Source of the DNA: Octopus bimaculoides | Taxonomy: Eukaryota | Assembly (NCBI RefSeq): GCF_001194135.2 | Contig: NC_068983.1 | Location: forward strand, 147,804,635-147,868,634 | Length of the DNA: 64,000 nt | Direction of reading: 5' to 3' | In this document: one piece after another, positions 1 through 12,790 of the stretch | Position numbering within the stretch: position 1 is the stretch's first letter | Layout of the letters: each line of letters begins with the position of its first letter | Notes under the pieces: generated by a model | Database searches by the model: none | What the model was told of the DNA's origin: nothing | The model's input: only the letters and a program-made list of their open reading frames with translations | Translations under genes and position numbers: made by a program

Positions 1-354
1 ATTACGCGTGACTATAAGGCAGTCATCCCTATATAATTCTGCATCTATCAAAAGAAATTCTTGATGCAAATTGTGCAGAATGTAAGTTCCTATTAGCATG
101 CGTAGTTCTGTTCTGTTACACTGACATGAATATTTTGTTATAGCATACAACATTTGTGAATTTAGTGATTATCGCTTTAATAATTTTTCTATATACCTCT
201 CTCTGTCTCTCTCTGTCTCTCTCCCTCTCTCTCTCCCCCTCTCCCCCCTCTCTCTCTCTCTCTGTGTTATATATATATAAACAATTTAAGCAAAGCCAAC
301 AGGTTGAAACGGTATCCATTCTTCCCACCCCTCTTAAACGCTGTCGTCCAGCAT

Positions 355-549
355 CGTAGCAGAATCGTTAGGACGCCAGGTAGAATATTTTAGTGGCATT
401 TCGTCCGCTTTACGTTCTGAGTTCAAATACTGTTGCCTTTCATCGTTTCGGGATCGATAAAATAAGTACCAGTTGAGCTCTGAGAACGATGAAATCGACT
501 TACTCTTTCTGCCAAAATTGCTGGCCTTGTGCCAAAATTTAAAACCAAT
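355..549 (+). mobile_element. SINE family C, diverged
   Basis: gcagaatcgttag...ctgagttcaaat...ttgcctttcatc...gataaaataagtaccag...ggccttgtgccaaaattt. Confidence 0.75.
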
Positions 550-1468
550 ATTATCACTTCATTCACCACTTCGAATACATCGCGATACTTTTTAACTAAA
601 TTACAATAGCAAGATTGATACGAGATTTACTAAGGTACATAACATGTCATCAGCAGTTCTTTGCCTTTGAGAAATTTGTTGAATTTATATTGTTGCAAAT
701 ATTATCACTAAATCGTATGGCTACGCCTAACTTCAGAACATCCTCCTTAGTTTCCCATCAAGGGTCTACCATTAGATTCCATTACTTAGATCGGAATGTT
801 CAAGTCCGCCCGCGCAATTTCAGCGTGTGCCATCAGCATTCTCTTCAATCCTATTCTGGAGTACACAAGGTTCAGTAATGTCCCCACACTCTACTTTATC
901 TACATAAATAACTTACTGTTTTCTTTAAGAACACGCAAATACGTATACCATCCTTCGCTCTTTTTTAACCGTCCACAAACAAATACTATCCACGCAGGAC
1001 CTGAAAGCAAGTAATGCAATGCTTCTATAAGCAATGACCTTGACAACATTTGTCGATGGGTATATAAAACATTCTCTTTCAATAGCACAATGACACAATC
1101 ATTGCATATTATATAAAAAAAAAAGTATCATATTCTTTCTATTAATAAGCAACGCATAATTGAAATATTCAAAGTCATAACGACTTATATAAATCTCATA
1201 ATCTCCGATGATTTGTTTCGAAAAACCCACAGATATAACATTACCGAAACCGTATCACAAATAACGACCAGAATTTCTTTTTCGACAACTGCAGACAACG
1301 GCTCACATTGTAGAAATAGTGTAACTGACAAACATATAGTTATTACTGAATGTATACAAAAGAAGACCAAAGTGTTATAGCCACTTATCACAAAGCGTTG
1401 TTTCTTATTTTCAGCTGTTTCTTTGAAGTAACAAAACTACGCGCGCGCGTACGCACACACACACTCAC

Positions 1469-1509
<41 letters not shown>

Positions 1510-2100
1510 AGCGAACACAGACATGTATGTGTGTATGTACGTTTATATTTGAGTAACTGAAGGCAAATGAACGATATCTTGATTAATATTGATGTCAAAA
1601 TATAGGCATACATCGTCTTGTTATTGATTTTTACATAAATATTCACTTATGTGATGCAAACACAATTAGAGAGGAAAATGTTTGACTCCGATGCTCATAA
1701 ATAGAATACATGAACTTCCCGAGTTAAAAACAAAAAAAAAAAACAACAGAAAATGAATAATAAATCTCATACTATGACTAAACGTATATCAAAAATAGGA
1801 ATAAGTTGCTTCCCTTAGATCATACTTACAATAGTTATCTCCCTTTTCAATTTGTTTGTAACTTGTAAAGATTGATTACATCATCGTCAAATAAAGCTTA
1901 ACAGATTAAATATCCGATTGTTGTTGTTCTTGTTGTTGTCCTGCTGCTACTCAATTTTATGAATATAAATCGTTCTTTATTATATCCTACTAAATGTAAA
2001 TATCCTTTAATCAATCATATACGGTGAAACAAATTAATGATTTAATGAAATATAGGATTCAATGAAACATGAAGGGATAAGAATTTATCTCACAGAGTAC

Positions 2101-2496
2101 TCTTTTACTTGTTTCAGTCTTTTAACTGCGGCCATGCTGGAGCACCGCCTTTAGTCGAGCAAATCGACCCCAGGACTTATTCTTTAGAAGCCTAGTACTT
2201 ATTCTATCGGTCTCTTTTGCCGAACCGCAAAGTTACGGGGACATAAACACACCAGCATCGGTTGTCAAGCGATGTTGGGGGGACAAACACAGACACACAA
2301 ACACATACATACATACATATATATATATATATACGACGGGCTTCTTTCAGTTTCCGTCTACCAAATCCACTCACAAGGCTTTGGTCGGCCCGAGGCTATA
2401 GTAGAAGACACTTGCCCAAGATGCCACGCAGTGGGACTGAACCCGGGACCATGTGGTTGGTAAGCAAGCTACTTACCACACACCCACTCCTACGCC
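2101..2496 (-). mobile_element. tRNA-derived SINE family B (CORE-like ttgggcaagtgtctt segment)
   Basis: Head ggcgtaggagtgggtgtgtggtaag, B-box ggttcagtccc, internal (TA)/(TG) tract and tail gactgaaacaagtaaaaga. Confidence 0.85.
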
Positions 2497-3739
2497 TATA
2501 ATATTTTTTTTAAACACTTAATTAACAGGGCTCGTACATGAATTAGGAAACTCTACGTCCATATAAAATGCCACTACAGATAGACTAAGTGAGCATACTT
2601 ACTTAATGGGACAGTAATCTACGCTAGAGAACGAACAGTTTATGACGCATTATAATGGACAAATCAGTTATGACTTTTCTGAAAGTTCAGGTGCCTGATT
2701 TTCTTTGATTAGCTCATTTTGTTTTTGTCTCTTTTAGTTCCCCTACAAATTGTGAAAAGTTCATAGCCAAAATTTGGGAACAAAGTTTTATAAAGGTACA
2801 AATAACACACAAACTGATATTCGCTTCATTGTGAAGTTGTTAGCAACAGTAATTAAATGCTATAAGCTATTTCGTCCGACGCGCTACCGATTCGTCTGAG
2901 AGCTGCTATAGTTTCGAGTTTATGTTCCCGTCGAGTCAAGTATAGGATTCCACCTTCGATTCTTGATTTATCAACAACGAGAATTTTAATGGATTTAATA
3001 TAGGTTTATCGTTGATAAAAGCATGAACATCACATAATCTTATGTTCTCTTCTGTATAAACGGTACATTATTATGTCTAAAAGTTGTATCTATAAACTCA
3101 AAATGAGGTTTAACCTCAGCTCAATAAATACATTTAAAAATAAGACAAACTCCGAAACAACCAAGATCAAGATTTAGTTTCGATTCCCAAATTTTCAAAA
3201 ACACGATTTTTATAATATTTTATGTATGCAGCGAACTGGCACATATGTTACTATGTAGGACAATGCCTTGCGGTATTTGTTCTGGATAAATATTCTCTGT
3301 GTTCCAATGTCCCCAAGTTTGACTTTGCCGTTCATCCTTTCAGGGACGATAAAATAAGGTATCAGTCTCAGGCGATGGAATTCTTAGTACCGGATGAGAC
3401 ACCCTGTGGTATTCGTTCCGTTTTTTTGAGTACTGAGTTCCAACAGGTTGACTTAATCCGTCACTCGGTTTGATACTACCATCTGGTCCATGGGTATCTT
3501 TAACAGGGTTCAGTCCTCCCGTCCGTCTTGGAAGTTGCTTAAAAATAAGGGATCATGGCTGCTGTCTTCCTTCTCTGCAAGTCTGCGCCGTGTATTCTTT
3601 GAAGGTTGGTGTTTATTGCTATTGCTTGTGTGTTATTTACTGTTGTATTTTTGTAATTGAACTGTTGTTAAATTGTTTGTATTGTTTTGATGAAAATAAT
3701 CTTGTTATCTGCCGAAGGCAGACTTGTGTTTCTTTGTTT

Positions 3740-6000
3740 TCCCCCTTGTGGGGGAAGGTCCGATTACAGCTGCGGAAGTTGAGGAGGCTCTGGCGGAATA
3801 CGGCGGGGACAAGTCGCCAGGTCTAAATGGATTTCGTCTACTGGCTTGCATCTTCACGAACTGGCAGCAGAACGGGTTTATTCCTAAATCTGTGAGCCGG
3901 GGAGTGGTGACGCTGCTTAGAAAGGACCCAAACAAGGAGGATAGTGTAGACAATTTTAGGCCCATCACTTTCCCAAATACAGAGATGAAGATTTTGGCCA
4001 AGGCGTTAGCAAAACAGTTGACGCGTGTCGTGGATGGACTCATCGGGGAGGCACAAACATGTGCCGTTCCCGGCAGATCCATACACGACAATATCCACCT
4101 TATACGCTACAACTTAGAGAGGGGGTTAGTAAGGTTACTGGCAATAGTGGGGCACTAATACATTTAGACATGTCTAAAACGTTCGATAGGGTTGACCATC
4201 GGTACCTGGTGACGGTCCTCGCGTCTTTCGGGCTTGGCTCGTCTTCCGCAACTGGATAATAACTATGTATAGTAACATTGACTCGATCGTTCAGGTGAGC
4301 GGTTTCTTTTCGGATCCATTCAACATCAAGTGCTCTGTTCATCAAGGATGTCCACTCCCTCCCTCTCCGTATGTTTTGGCTCTGGAGCCTTTGCTGCGGA
4401 GGTTGAAGGGACCAAGAGGCATCCTGTGCGATCTAGGTTATGGGAGGGCGGTCACGGCGCTTGCGGATGACACCACCTTCATCGTGCCCGAGGTGGATCA
4501 CCTACAGATTGTGGAAGAAGCCATCAAGAAATACGAGGCCGTGGTAGGAGCTAAAATTAACCGGGGAAAATCAGTCGGCTTGCAACTCGGCACTTTGAGA
4601 AACAAGTCAATGCCTTCCAACAGCGTCGTAGGGCGCTGGACGGAAGGGCCGGTAAGAATGCTAAGGGCTTGGTTTAGACCAGACCTCCAGATAGAGAAGA
4701 ATTGGGGTGAGGTGGCGAGCAAGGTGACTTACCTAATTCAGATCTGGTCTGAGCGGTGGTTATCCTTGAAAGGGAGGGTGGAGGTCGGGGAGGTGCTTAT
4801 CGCATCTGTGATTACCTACCGCTTAACCATCGTGCCTTGTCCCGTTTCGTGACTGAACAAGTTGGAACGACTCCTTTTCCGATTTTTGTTGGAGGATAAG
4901 GTCCGCTCTGTCTGCTGCCAGCATCCGTTAAAGGGTGAGCTAGGGATGCCTTGGCTGTTGAGGGGCAAGTTAGCGCTGAGGCTGAGACATCTGCAGCGCT
5001 ACCTGGATGATGAACAGGTCTGGTCTCCGTTCGTCAGATGGCTGCTTCCTAGGTTCACTAGCTTTAGTGAACTAGAACCTTGGATTTATTGCAGACCAAA
5101 GTACAGCGAGTGGCATTTGGAGTGTCGACAGGCACTGCGGTTTCTCTCACGCACGGGTAACGCCAGCGGTGGGGGTTCTGCGTCGTTCTTCAATAGAAGG
5201 TTGGTAGAGGCAAAGAGTGATGACGGCCTGGGGAAGACTCTAGGCTTCGACGAAAATCAGTTAACCAGCCTGTTCCGAAGTACATTCGGGCCAGGATCTT
5301 GGATAACTTCCAGATCTCTGACCCGCTTCCGAGGTGCGCTACCGGTTCGCGATAAACTCACAAGGCATGGTGGCCCCTGTTCACTCTTGTGCCCAAGATG
5401 CGAGCAGGACAGGGAAACCGTTCTGCTCGCGATTGTGCAATGTGGGTTTACGTAGAACATCTGTTGTCACAACTAGGAAGAGTACACCTGTCTTGAGTCA
5501 ATCATAAAAAATGTTCCCCCTTCCTCATTTGACAAAGAAGGTAAGGGTTGTTATCTTATTGTAGTAGCTATTACGAAAGAGGTCGTGTGGAAGACCCGTG
5601 CGAAAGATATCTTGACATGCACTTTCATCTCAAACCTTGGATTGGTGAGATTCCTATCCTTTCACTTGAAATGGAAGATAAGGGTGGAGGATTGCATGTC
5701 GCTGGACGTATAGAAGCAAAGATGGAAGATTGTAGAGAGAATGGTGGTAGTGAATGTCACCACTTAAGAGTGTACTGAAAATTTTCCTAAAGGTAGCAGT
5801 GGTGAACTGGGGCTTGGGGGACGAAAGCATAACCTGTCCCTCACTTCGTTGTTTATCAATTGTATTGTATTTCATTCGATTTTGTTATCAAGGTTTTTAA
5901 TCGATTTTCATAATTATGTTTTCTCATCCCGGCCCCAACTTATTGTATCGTCCACTCTATGTCTGCCCCCCCCACCCTGTGGGCAATAAAGAATTATCTC
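3740..6000 (+). mobile_element. 5'-truncated, frameshifted Tx1/L1-clade LINE (RT plus C-terminal Cys motif and 3'UTR)
   Basis: Split ORFs give KSPGLNGF, NFRPIT, KILAK, DMSKTFDRVDH, VHQGCPL, LADD and CPRCEQDRETVLLAIVQC. Ends with aataaag near 5986. Confidence 0.9.
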
Positions 6001-6225
6001 TTTCTCCTTGTCTAAATTGTGAAACATATCTCTTTTATCTAAAAAGAAAAAAAATGATCGAATTTCTGCTTAACAATTATTAATGTTTAAATTTGATTCC
6101 ACGTGTTTCGTTAATGCGCACGAGAAATAATTTCAATTTATCCTCCTTTATTTTCATTCCTGTATAAGAAAAAAAAAGCACGAAAAGAGGGAAACAACGA
6201 AAGTCATTAATTGTGTGATTGCAGA

Positions 6226-6550
6226 GCATACTTGTCTAATAAAACAATATTTGAATGATGCTGTAGTGAGTTCAAACTCCGCCGAAGTCGGCTTTGCCTT
6301 TCGGGGTCGATAAATTAAGTACCAGTTTTGTACTGAAGTCGATCTAATTGACTGGACCCCTCCCACAAAATTTCGGGCCTTGTGTCTCGAGCAGAAATGA
6401 CATACTTGTCTAATAAGACAATATTTGAATGATGCTGTTGTGAGTTCAAATTCCGCCGAAATCAGCTTTGCCTTTCATCCTTTCGGTGTCGATAAAGTAA
6501 ATACCAGTTGAACATTGGAAGTGAGACGTGTGCCAAAATTTGAAACTAAT
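6226..6550 (+). mobile_element. Two 5'-truncated family C SINE pieces in a local tandem duplication
   Basis: Both units begin catacttgtctaataa(a/g)acaatatttgaatgatgctg and continue into gagttcaaa(c/t)tccgccg. Confidence 0.7.
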
Positions 6551-7261
6551 GTTTGAATGATGTTTCTCTATGACAGGGTTGCTATTGTGTCTGAAAAGCA
6601 TCTTCTTGATTGATAGAAAAGACTGCTCAGAACTGTTGTTCAAAATTTTCAGCATTTTCATACAATGACACCAAACATTTCTTATCTTCTGAGGTAATTA
6701 AAACCTGCCATTAATTTGAAGTGATCAAGCACGTTTGGAAGATGTCTATTGAGCCATTGTCGACGAAGATTTTTCGTTCTTTCTTCTTTTATTTTATGAT
6801 TTAAATATTAGTCAAGACAGTGATGGGCCGTAACAATGATATAGGCAGCCGCATTCCCCACTAATGAAATGGTTTCTGTTCTGCTTTGAACATTTGTAAA
6901 CCGATGTCTCTCGAAAACAAAAGTGAGGATGGTTAAAGAAGGTAAAATTCTTAAAGCTGAATCTGAGTAGGGGTGATGAGAAGAGAAGAGATGAGAAGAA
7001 ACATTTCAAAATGAGAGATTATCTGTCAGGTGGGACTGAACGGAAATGATGTGCAACAAACTAGTTCATAAGCTCAGAGGTCGTTGGAGAAGCGATAAAT
7101 AAGACAGGTAGTGATAGGATATATAACACTTCTGAGGGTCAAAGGTTGTAGTATGTCGACCGGAAGGCATGGCAATGATACTTCCTCAACGTGAAACTCA
7201 TAGATATGTGGAGACAGATATACGGATACATGAACTATGCTGTGAGTCGGTCTGGGAATGT

Positions 7262-7302
<41 letters not shown>

Positions 7303-8667
7303 CCGATATTATGCATATATTTAAGTAGAGAAGTGAAATGAAAAAGTGGGTATATTATTGCATGCACTTTTTTTAATGTAAACTAGCTGCAGCCGTTTAC
7401 GTGCATTTCTGGACAGGTCACTTCAATATATTGATTTCAGTAGATTTATCTATCAAGATTAAGAACTAGATCTTCCGATCATATTACTTGCGATAGCATC
7501 TTCTCTCCTTTCATTTTATTTTTCTTTCATACATACATGTACATATTTACACACACGCGCGCGCGCATACATATATACTCCGTGAGAATGTCTGGCTTAA
7601 ATCGACAGCCCGACACCAAATGGAATGAATGAGTAAATAAATTAACCCAGTTAGCCTGGATAATGTTACTGAAGCATTACAAAATGTTTGCATTGTAATG
7701 AAAGTGTACTCTATAGACAGTAAGAGGTAAGTACATTGAGAGGTGAGTTCTTTTATGTCGGTGCACACCAATTCCTTTCGTTTATCAGATCTATAAAACT
7801 AATCCGGAAGGAGGAGCTGTGCTGCGAACCGTGAAACGATCGCAATCGTCCAAAACAATGAAATATGTATGAATGGGTGTAAATAACATCGTTGACAAGT
7901 AGAGGTTCTGTTTTTCATTGTGTGTGTGCGTGTGTGTGTGATTTTTATGTATATGTACGCGAAGCCAGACAGAACAAAGCGCTTCAGATTTATTTGTAGA
8001 GTGGGTATGAGATGTGGCACGCAGTGCATGGCTTTGTCTAAGCGAAAAGGGTCTCCGTTTACTCTTGGCTTGTTGATGAATAAACAATATTGGTGAAGTT
8101 TTTTCTTCATTTGATACGCAACAAGATTTTTTTTCTTGTAGCTAGAAGTGGTGTATAGTTAACTTATTCGCTTTCTCTACTTTTAGGATGTTTTTTGTCT
8201 TAAAAACTCAGTATCAACCAATGAGTGATTTGAGCTTGGGAACATAAGGATCTCGTCATCCCAAGTGAGTGTCTACAAATTATCAATAAATTAATAAACA
8301 TATATTAATAAATCACTAACAATTCTGGTTGATGCCAATGTTGGCTGTGTGGTTAGGAAGTTAAGAAACTGTGTTCGATTTGTAGTTGCACCGACTAAGG
8401 TTTTCAGTGGAAAAGAAATTGCTCAAAACGTGTCTGTGTGTGTGTGTGTGTCCATAGCTGTTCTCTCCCCAAATTATCAGACCGTCATTTTCTTACGGGC
8501 AAATTAGTTTCAGAGAATCCTTGAGTATTTGGTAATATCTCTTGGTCATAATTGCCACCAGCCATCAGCTTCACTTTCCATAGAAGCGAAGAAGATTCTA
8601 TTAAACAAAAAATTAATCTTGCATAGTATTTTAACACACCTTTATTCATCTTCTGATATATATATAT

Positions 8668-8754
<87 letters not shown>

Positions 8755-9583
8755 GAGAGAGAGAGAGAGAGAGGAAGATAGATAGATAGATTATAATTCA
8801 TTCGAGCTGAAAGGAAAACACTTCGGATCTATTTTAAAACGGGGGCGCCAGTATTTACTTAACGAAACACTAACGAAACACTTTGAAACTTGGGACACTG
8901 GTAGAATGTGTCATATAAAACATCTTTTACTCTTAGTCTTCTTAACAAAAAAAAAGTAATTCGCAAGTTATTCCATGTTAAAGTTGTCGTATTTCTGTAA
9001 TTTCAACCAATCACTGACGTCTATTCAGCTCAATAAGAGTTACTGCTGGGCGGTCATAAAAATGTTATTCCCTGTGACATATTTCACCCGGTTTAATCGT
9101 AATTTATACGCATATATTGTTTATATAATAAATTACGCTGTACGTATCTATGTGTGTAACAATTTTAGAGTTCGGATTCTNNNNNNNNNNNNNNNNNNNN
9201 NNNNNNNNNNNNNNNNNNNNNNNNNNNNNNNNNNNNNNNNNNNNNNNNNNNNNNNNNNNNNNNNNNNNNNNNNNNNNNNNNNNNNNNNNNNNNNNNNNNN
9301 NNNNNNNNNNNNNNNNNNNNNNNNNNNNNNNNNNNNNNNNNNNNNNNNNNNNNNNNNNNNNNNNNNNNNNNNNNNNNNNNNNNNNNNNNNNNNNNNNNNN
9401 NNNNNNNNNNNNNNNNNNNNNNNNNNNNNNNNNNNNNNNNNNNNNNNNNNNNNNNNNNNNNNNNNNNNNNNNNNNNNNNNNNNNNNNNNNNNNNNNNNNN
9501 NNNNNNNNNNNNNNNNNNNNNNNNNNNNNNNNNNNNNNNNNNNNNNNNNNNNNNNNNNNNNNNNNNNNNNNNNNNNNNNNNNN

Positions 9584-9667
<84 letters not shown>

Positions 9668-10323
9668 CCCTGTATGATGCGTGACAAAACGCATATTTTT
9701 TCTCCAAATGCGTTATACGCATTAAACATAGCGTTCAACTTCAGACATATTTACAAAATTCAAAATTTTTATGGTTTGAATGTAGAGCGTTGCAAAAGTT
9801 CTGAAATATGAAATTTTCTTCGTTTTAACTGTTTCTGCTACCTACAGTTTTCATAAAATAGTAATGAGGAACTTTGTAACATTTTTTTCTGTGACTGTTC
9901 GTTGTAAGAATTCTCTGTAAGAGAACAATGCAACAAGATACATTCAATTCATTAGCGATGTCATCAATGGATAACTCCAGATTTCAACAAGATTATTAGC
10001 AGCTCACTCGTAGTAAAATGTACAGTTGGTTAGCTAGCCAATGTTGTTGCTGCAATTATACTTTGCCAATTAAAATACATGGTTACGTCTGAAAATTTTA
10101 ATTGTCTCTCGAGCATATTTACATATACATGTATATATACATGTATATACACATGCTTGCATATAAACCTTTGGATAGAGGCAGACTCTTTAGTCAATCT
10201 ATCTTTTAATAACCCATCTATCCTTTGGTTTATTTTACATCTAGGAATTGCCCTTAGATCGCCTTCCTCACCAAATAAGCTCGGTGGGATTGCCAGTCCA
10301 ATATTGGTTATCAAAGACAACAT

Positions 10324-10419
<96 letters not shown>

Positions 10420-11367
10420 ACGTGCGCAAGCAAATATAATATTAGTTTGTAGATATGCAGTCTTCTTTATTGGAACAAATAGTCCGGTTAACTGAAATAA
10501 TTTATTGCAGAAAACTATGACAGTGGATTCGTTGCTTTTCAGATCAATAAAGTGTTAAATTACTGAGCAAAGAAAAATATTATCAAAGATACCGGAGGTG
10601 AATCTGTGCTTAAGACCTTTGTAAACACTTTTTGCTATTGGTACACAGTTGCAATTGGTATTCCACTTGACCTACTGTAAGTCGATGTCTGCATGGAAAT
10701 AAAAGTGAAAAAGAGGGGAGTTCATAAAGGTAGTTGAGACAGAAAGAGAAATCAGCTCGTATGCACGCCAATAGTTGTAGATTGTTGGTAAATGAATTTT
10801 CACCTTTCAACCGAACCGAATGACCTTCATTTCGATGTGAACTAGCATGTTTAAGTGTGTAGAAACTGCATTACAAACTGTGCACGCAATGAACTCAATA
10901 AGAAACCAAGTTAGGTTTTTATTACCTCGTTGTTACTGCAATCTATATTAAAGAGAATTGGCGCTTAAGCCATTTTCTGTCAATAGCAGTAAGTGCATCC
11001 TGGCACTAACTTTTCTTTTTAAAATTGTTATATTCCTGGCATTTTGAGGGAACTATTTTAATTTAGAAATATTTAAATCGGTCTTTCCTACTCTATTTAC
11101 TTCCGAACCAGTTGAGGTACTCATATATATATACGCACACACACAAAGTATGGGGATTTAGTTCACAGATGATCTAAACGATTAGGTACGCTAGGTAAGT
11201 GGTGTAAGGGATTACTAGGGCTCCAAGGTTATAACCGAAACAGTAGTTATGGACCTATTGCAGATTTCCGATGCAGTGGATATATAATTGTTAAATAGGA
11301 CAACAAACGTTAAGTCAAGGCAAACATCTCAAGTCGTATACATTATTATTTTGGAAAAAAATTCAAA

Positions 11368-11425
11368 GACTTACAGCTGTTTCTGGGATATCCCAGAGTA
11401 TGGGATATTCTGTCATCAGAGAGAC
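11368..11425 (-). ncRNA. Hammerhead motif at the 3' end of the Neptune PLE
   Basis: CUGAUGA-...AUAUCCCA(uacuc)UGGGAUAU...-GAAA-CAGCUG-UA. Stem I and the base of stem II are imperfect. Confidence 0.65.
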
Positions 11426-12790
11426 AAATAGGGAAAATTAATGAAAATGAGAATGATATATATTAATGAGACGATGACATAGAGGAAGGGAGTAAAGGAA
11501 TAAGGAGAGAGAAAAGAAAAAAGAAGCATAAAAGTTCATAGTTCAACTTCCCGATGTTGTAGAAACCAGAGCATAAGTCCTTAGGTGGTTCTGCTTTCCG
11601 ATGTTATAGAAACAAAAGCATAAATCCCTAGGTGAAATCCTACGTAGATCCATGTAGGTTAAAATCCTGATATAGTAAACATCCAGAGAAAAAAGACGCG
11701 AACATATCAACGTTCAATAACGGAATGGTAGCAGAGGTGGCTATTAAATGGTACAAGGAAAGAAAAGTAAATAAATAGAAAGAGAGGTAGATGAAGTGAG
11801 GGGGGGGATTTAAAGATTGGCTTTAGGGTAAAGCAAGGTGAATAGGTATAGGGTATCTAAGAATATTGTGTAGGGGTAGCCGAGAAGATAAGAGAGAGGA
11901 TGAGGAGGTAGAGGAAGATAGGGTTAAAAAAATAAACAAAATAGAGCAAAATGAAAGGAATTTAAAGAGAGTAGTAGGTGTCGGTGGTGTTCTTAAAGTC
12001 TATAGGTGTTGGGGAGAAAATCTAGTAGTAAATACTCGTTCTGGCTAAAGTCAGTGGCTGTTGAGTTATTTTTAGCAATGGGTGTGTAGGTTGTCTAGAA
12101 TGGAGGAGCTAGTTGAATGTTAAATCATTTATGAGTGGGGGTTAGAATTAGATATTAGGGATTTATTGGGTTAAGTTTTTAAAATAAAGAATAACTTAAA
12201 GAGTTAATATTTATCTCATAAAGTGATGCGGTAAGGTAGATAGATAAGATATAGAGGAGTATGTGTAAATAATTATAGGGGTTTGTATGTGGGTGCTATT
12301 CGTGGGGTGAGGAGTGAACTTGCATTCAGATTTATGAAAGAATTTAAAGTGCGGAAGAATTTGTGCTTACACGTAGTGAAGGTTTCGTTGTATTTAGTAA
12401 GCAATTGCGTTGAGTTGTGAGTTAAAATTTTGAGGACTTCTTTTAAGCAGAGTCCACAACTGGAGTGTTGGCCCTGATATGAGAAACCCGAGTCTATTAT
12501 AGCCCAGGAAAGTTTATATTGTATTTTTCTGTTAATTAGATGGCGTACGTGGCTGGCTATTAATGTGGAATTGCTATTCTCTTTATATGTAAACGAGTTT
12601 AAATGTGCATAATATCTTTGTATAAATTTTGTGCTAGATCCAATGTAGTAGCTATAGGAGTTATTTACTATGTTGTGAACGGTGCATTGGTATACGACGT
12701 TGAATATATCTTCTGCATTGGGCGTGCAGCGGGCAGTCTATTCCGGATCTGCAGTTGCAGTTATCAGTTCTACGGTGGTTAATTCACCTA
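11368..12790 (-). mobile_element. Penelope-like element (Neptune type), 3' portion: GIY-YIG endonuclease, 3' region and HHR
   Basis: CNCRSGIDCPL, then after one frameshift a stop-free 142-codon frame (12701-12273): NVVYQC...YYIGSS...QRYYAH...SWAII...CGLCLKE...CKH. It lacks a start codon, so the ORF track misses it. An HHR motif sits at the distal end. Confidence 0.85.

Noticed and set aside
615-1014. Overlapping short ORFs with moderately complex sequence
   Set aside because: No recognisable domain or paired splice sites; probably decayed repeat.
1203-1235. HHR-like CCGAUGA...GAAA with atct/agat flanks
   Set aside because: No U at 16.1 and no stem II; compatible with chance.
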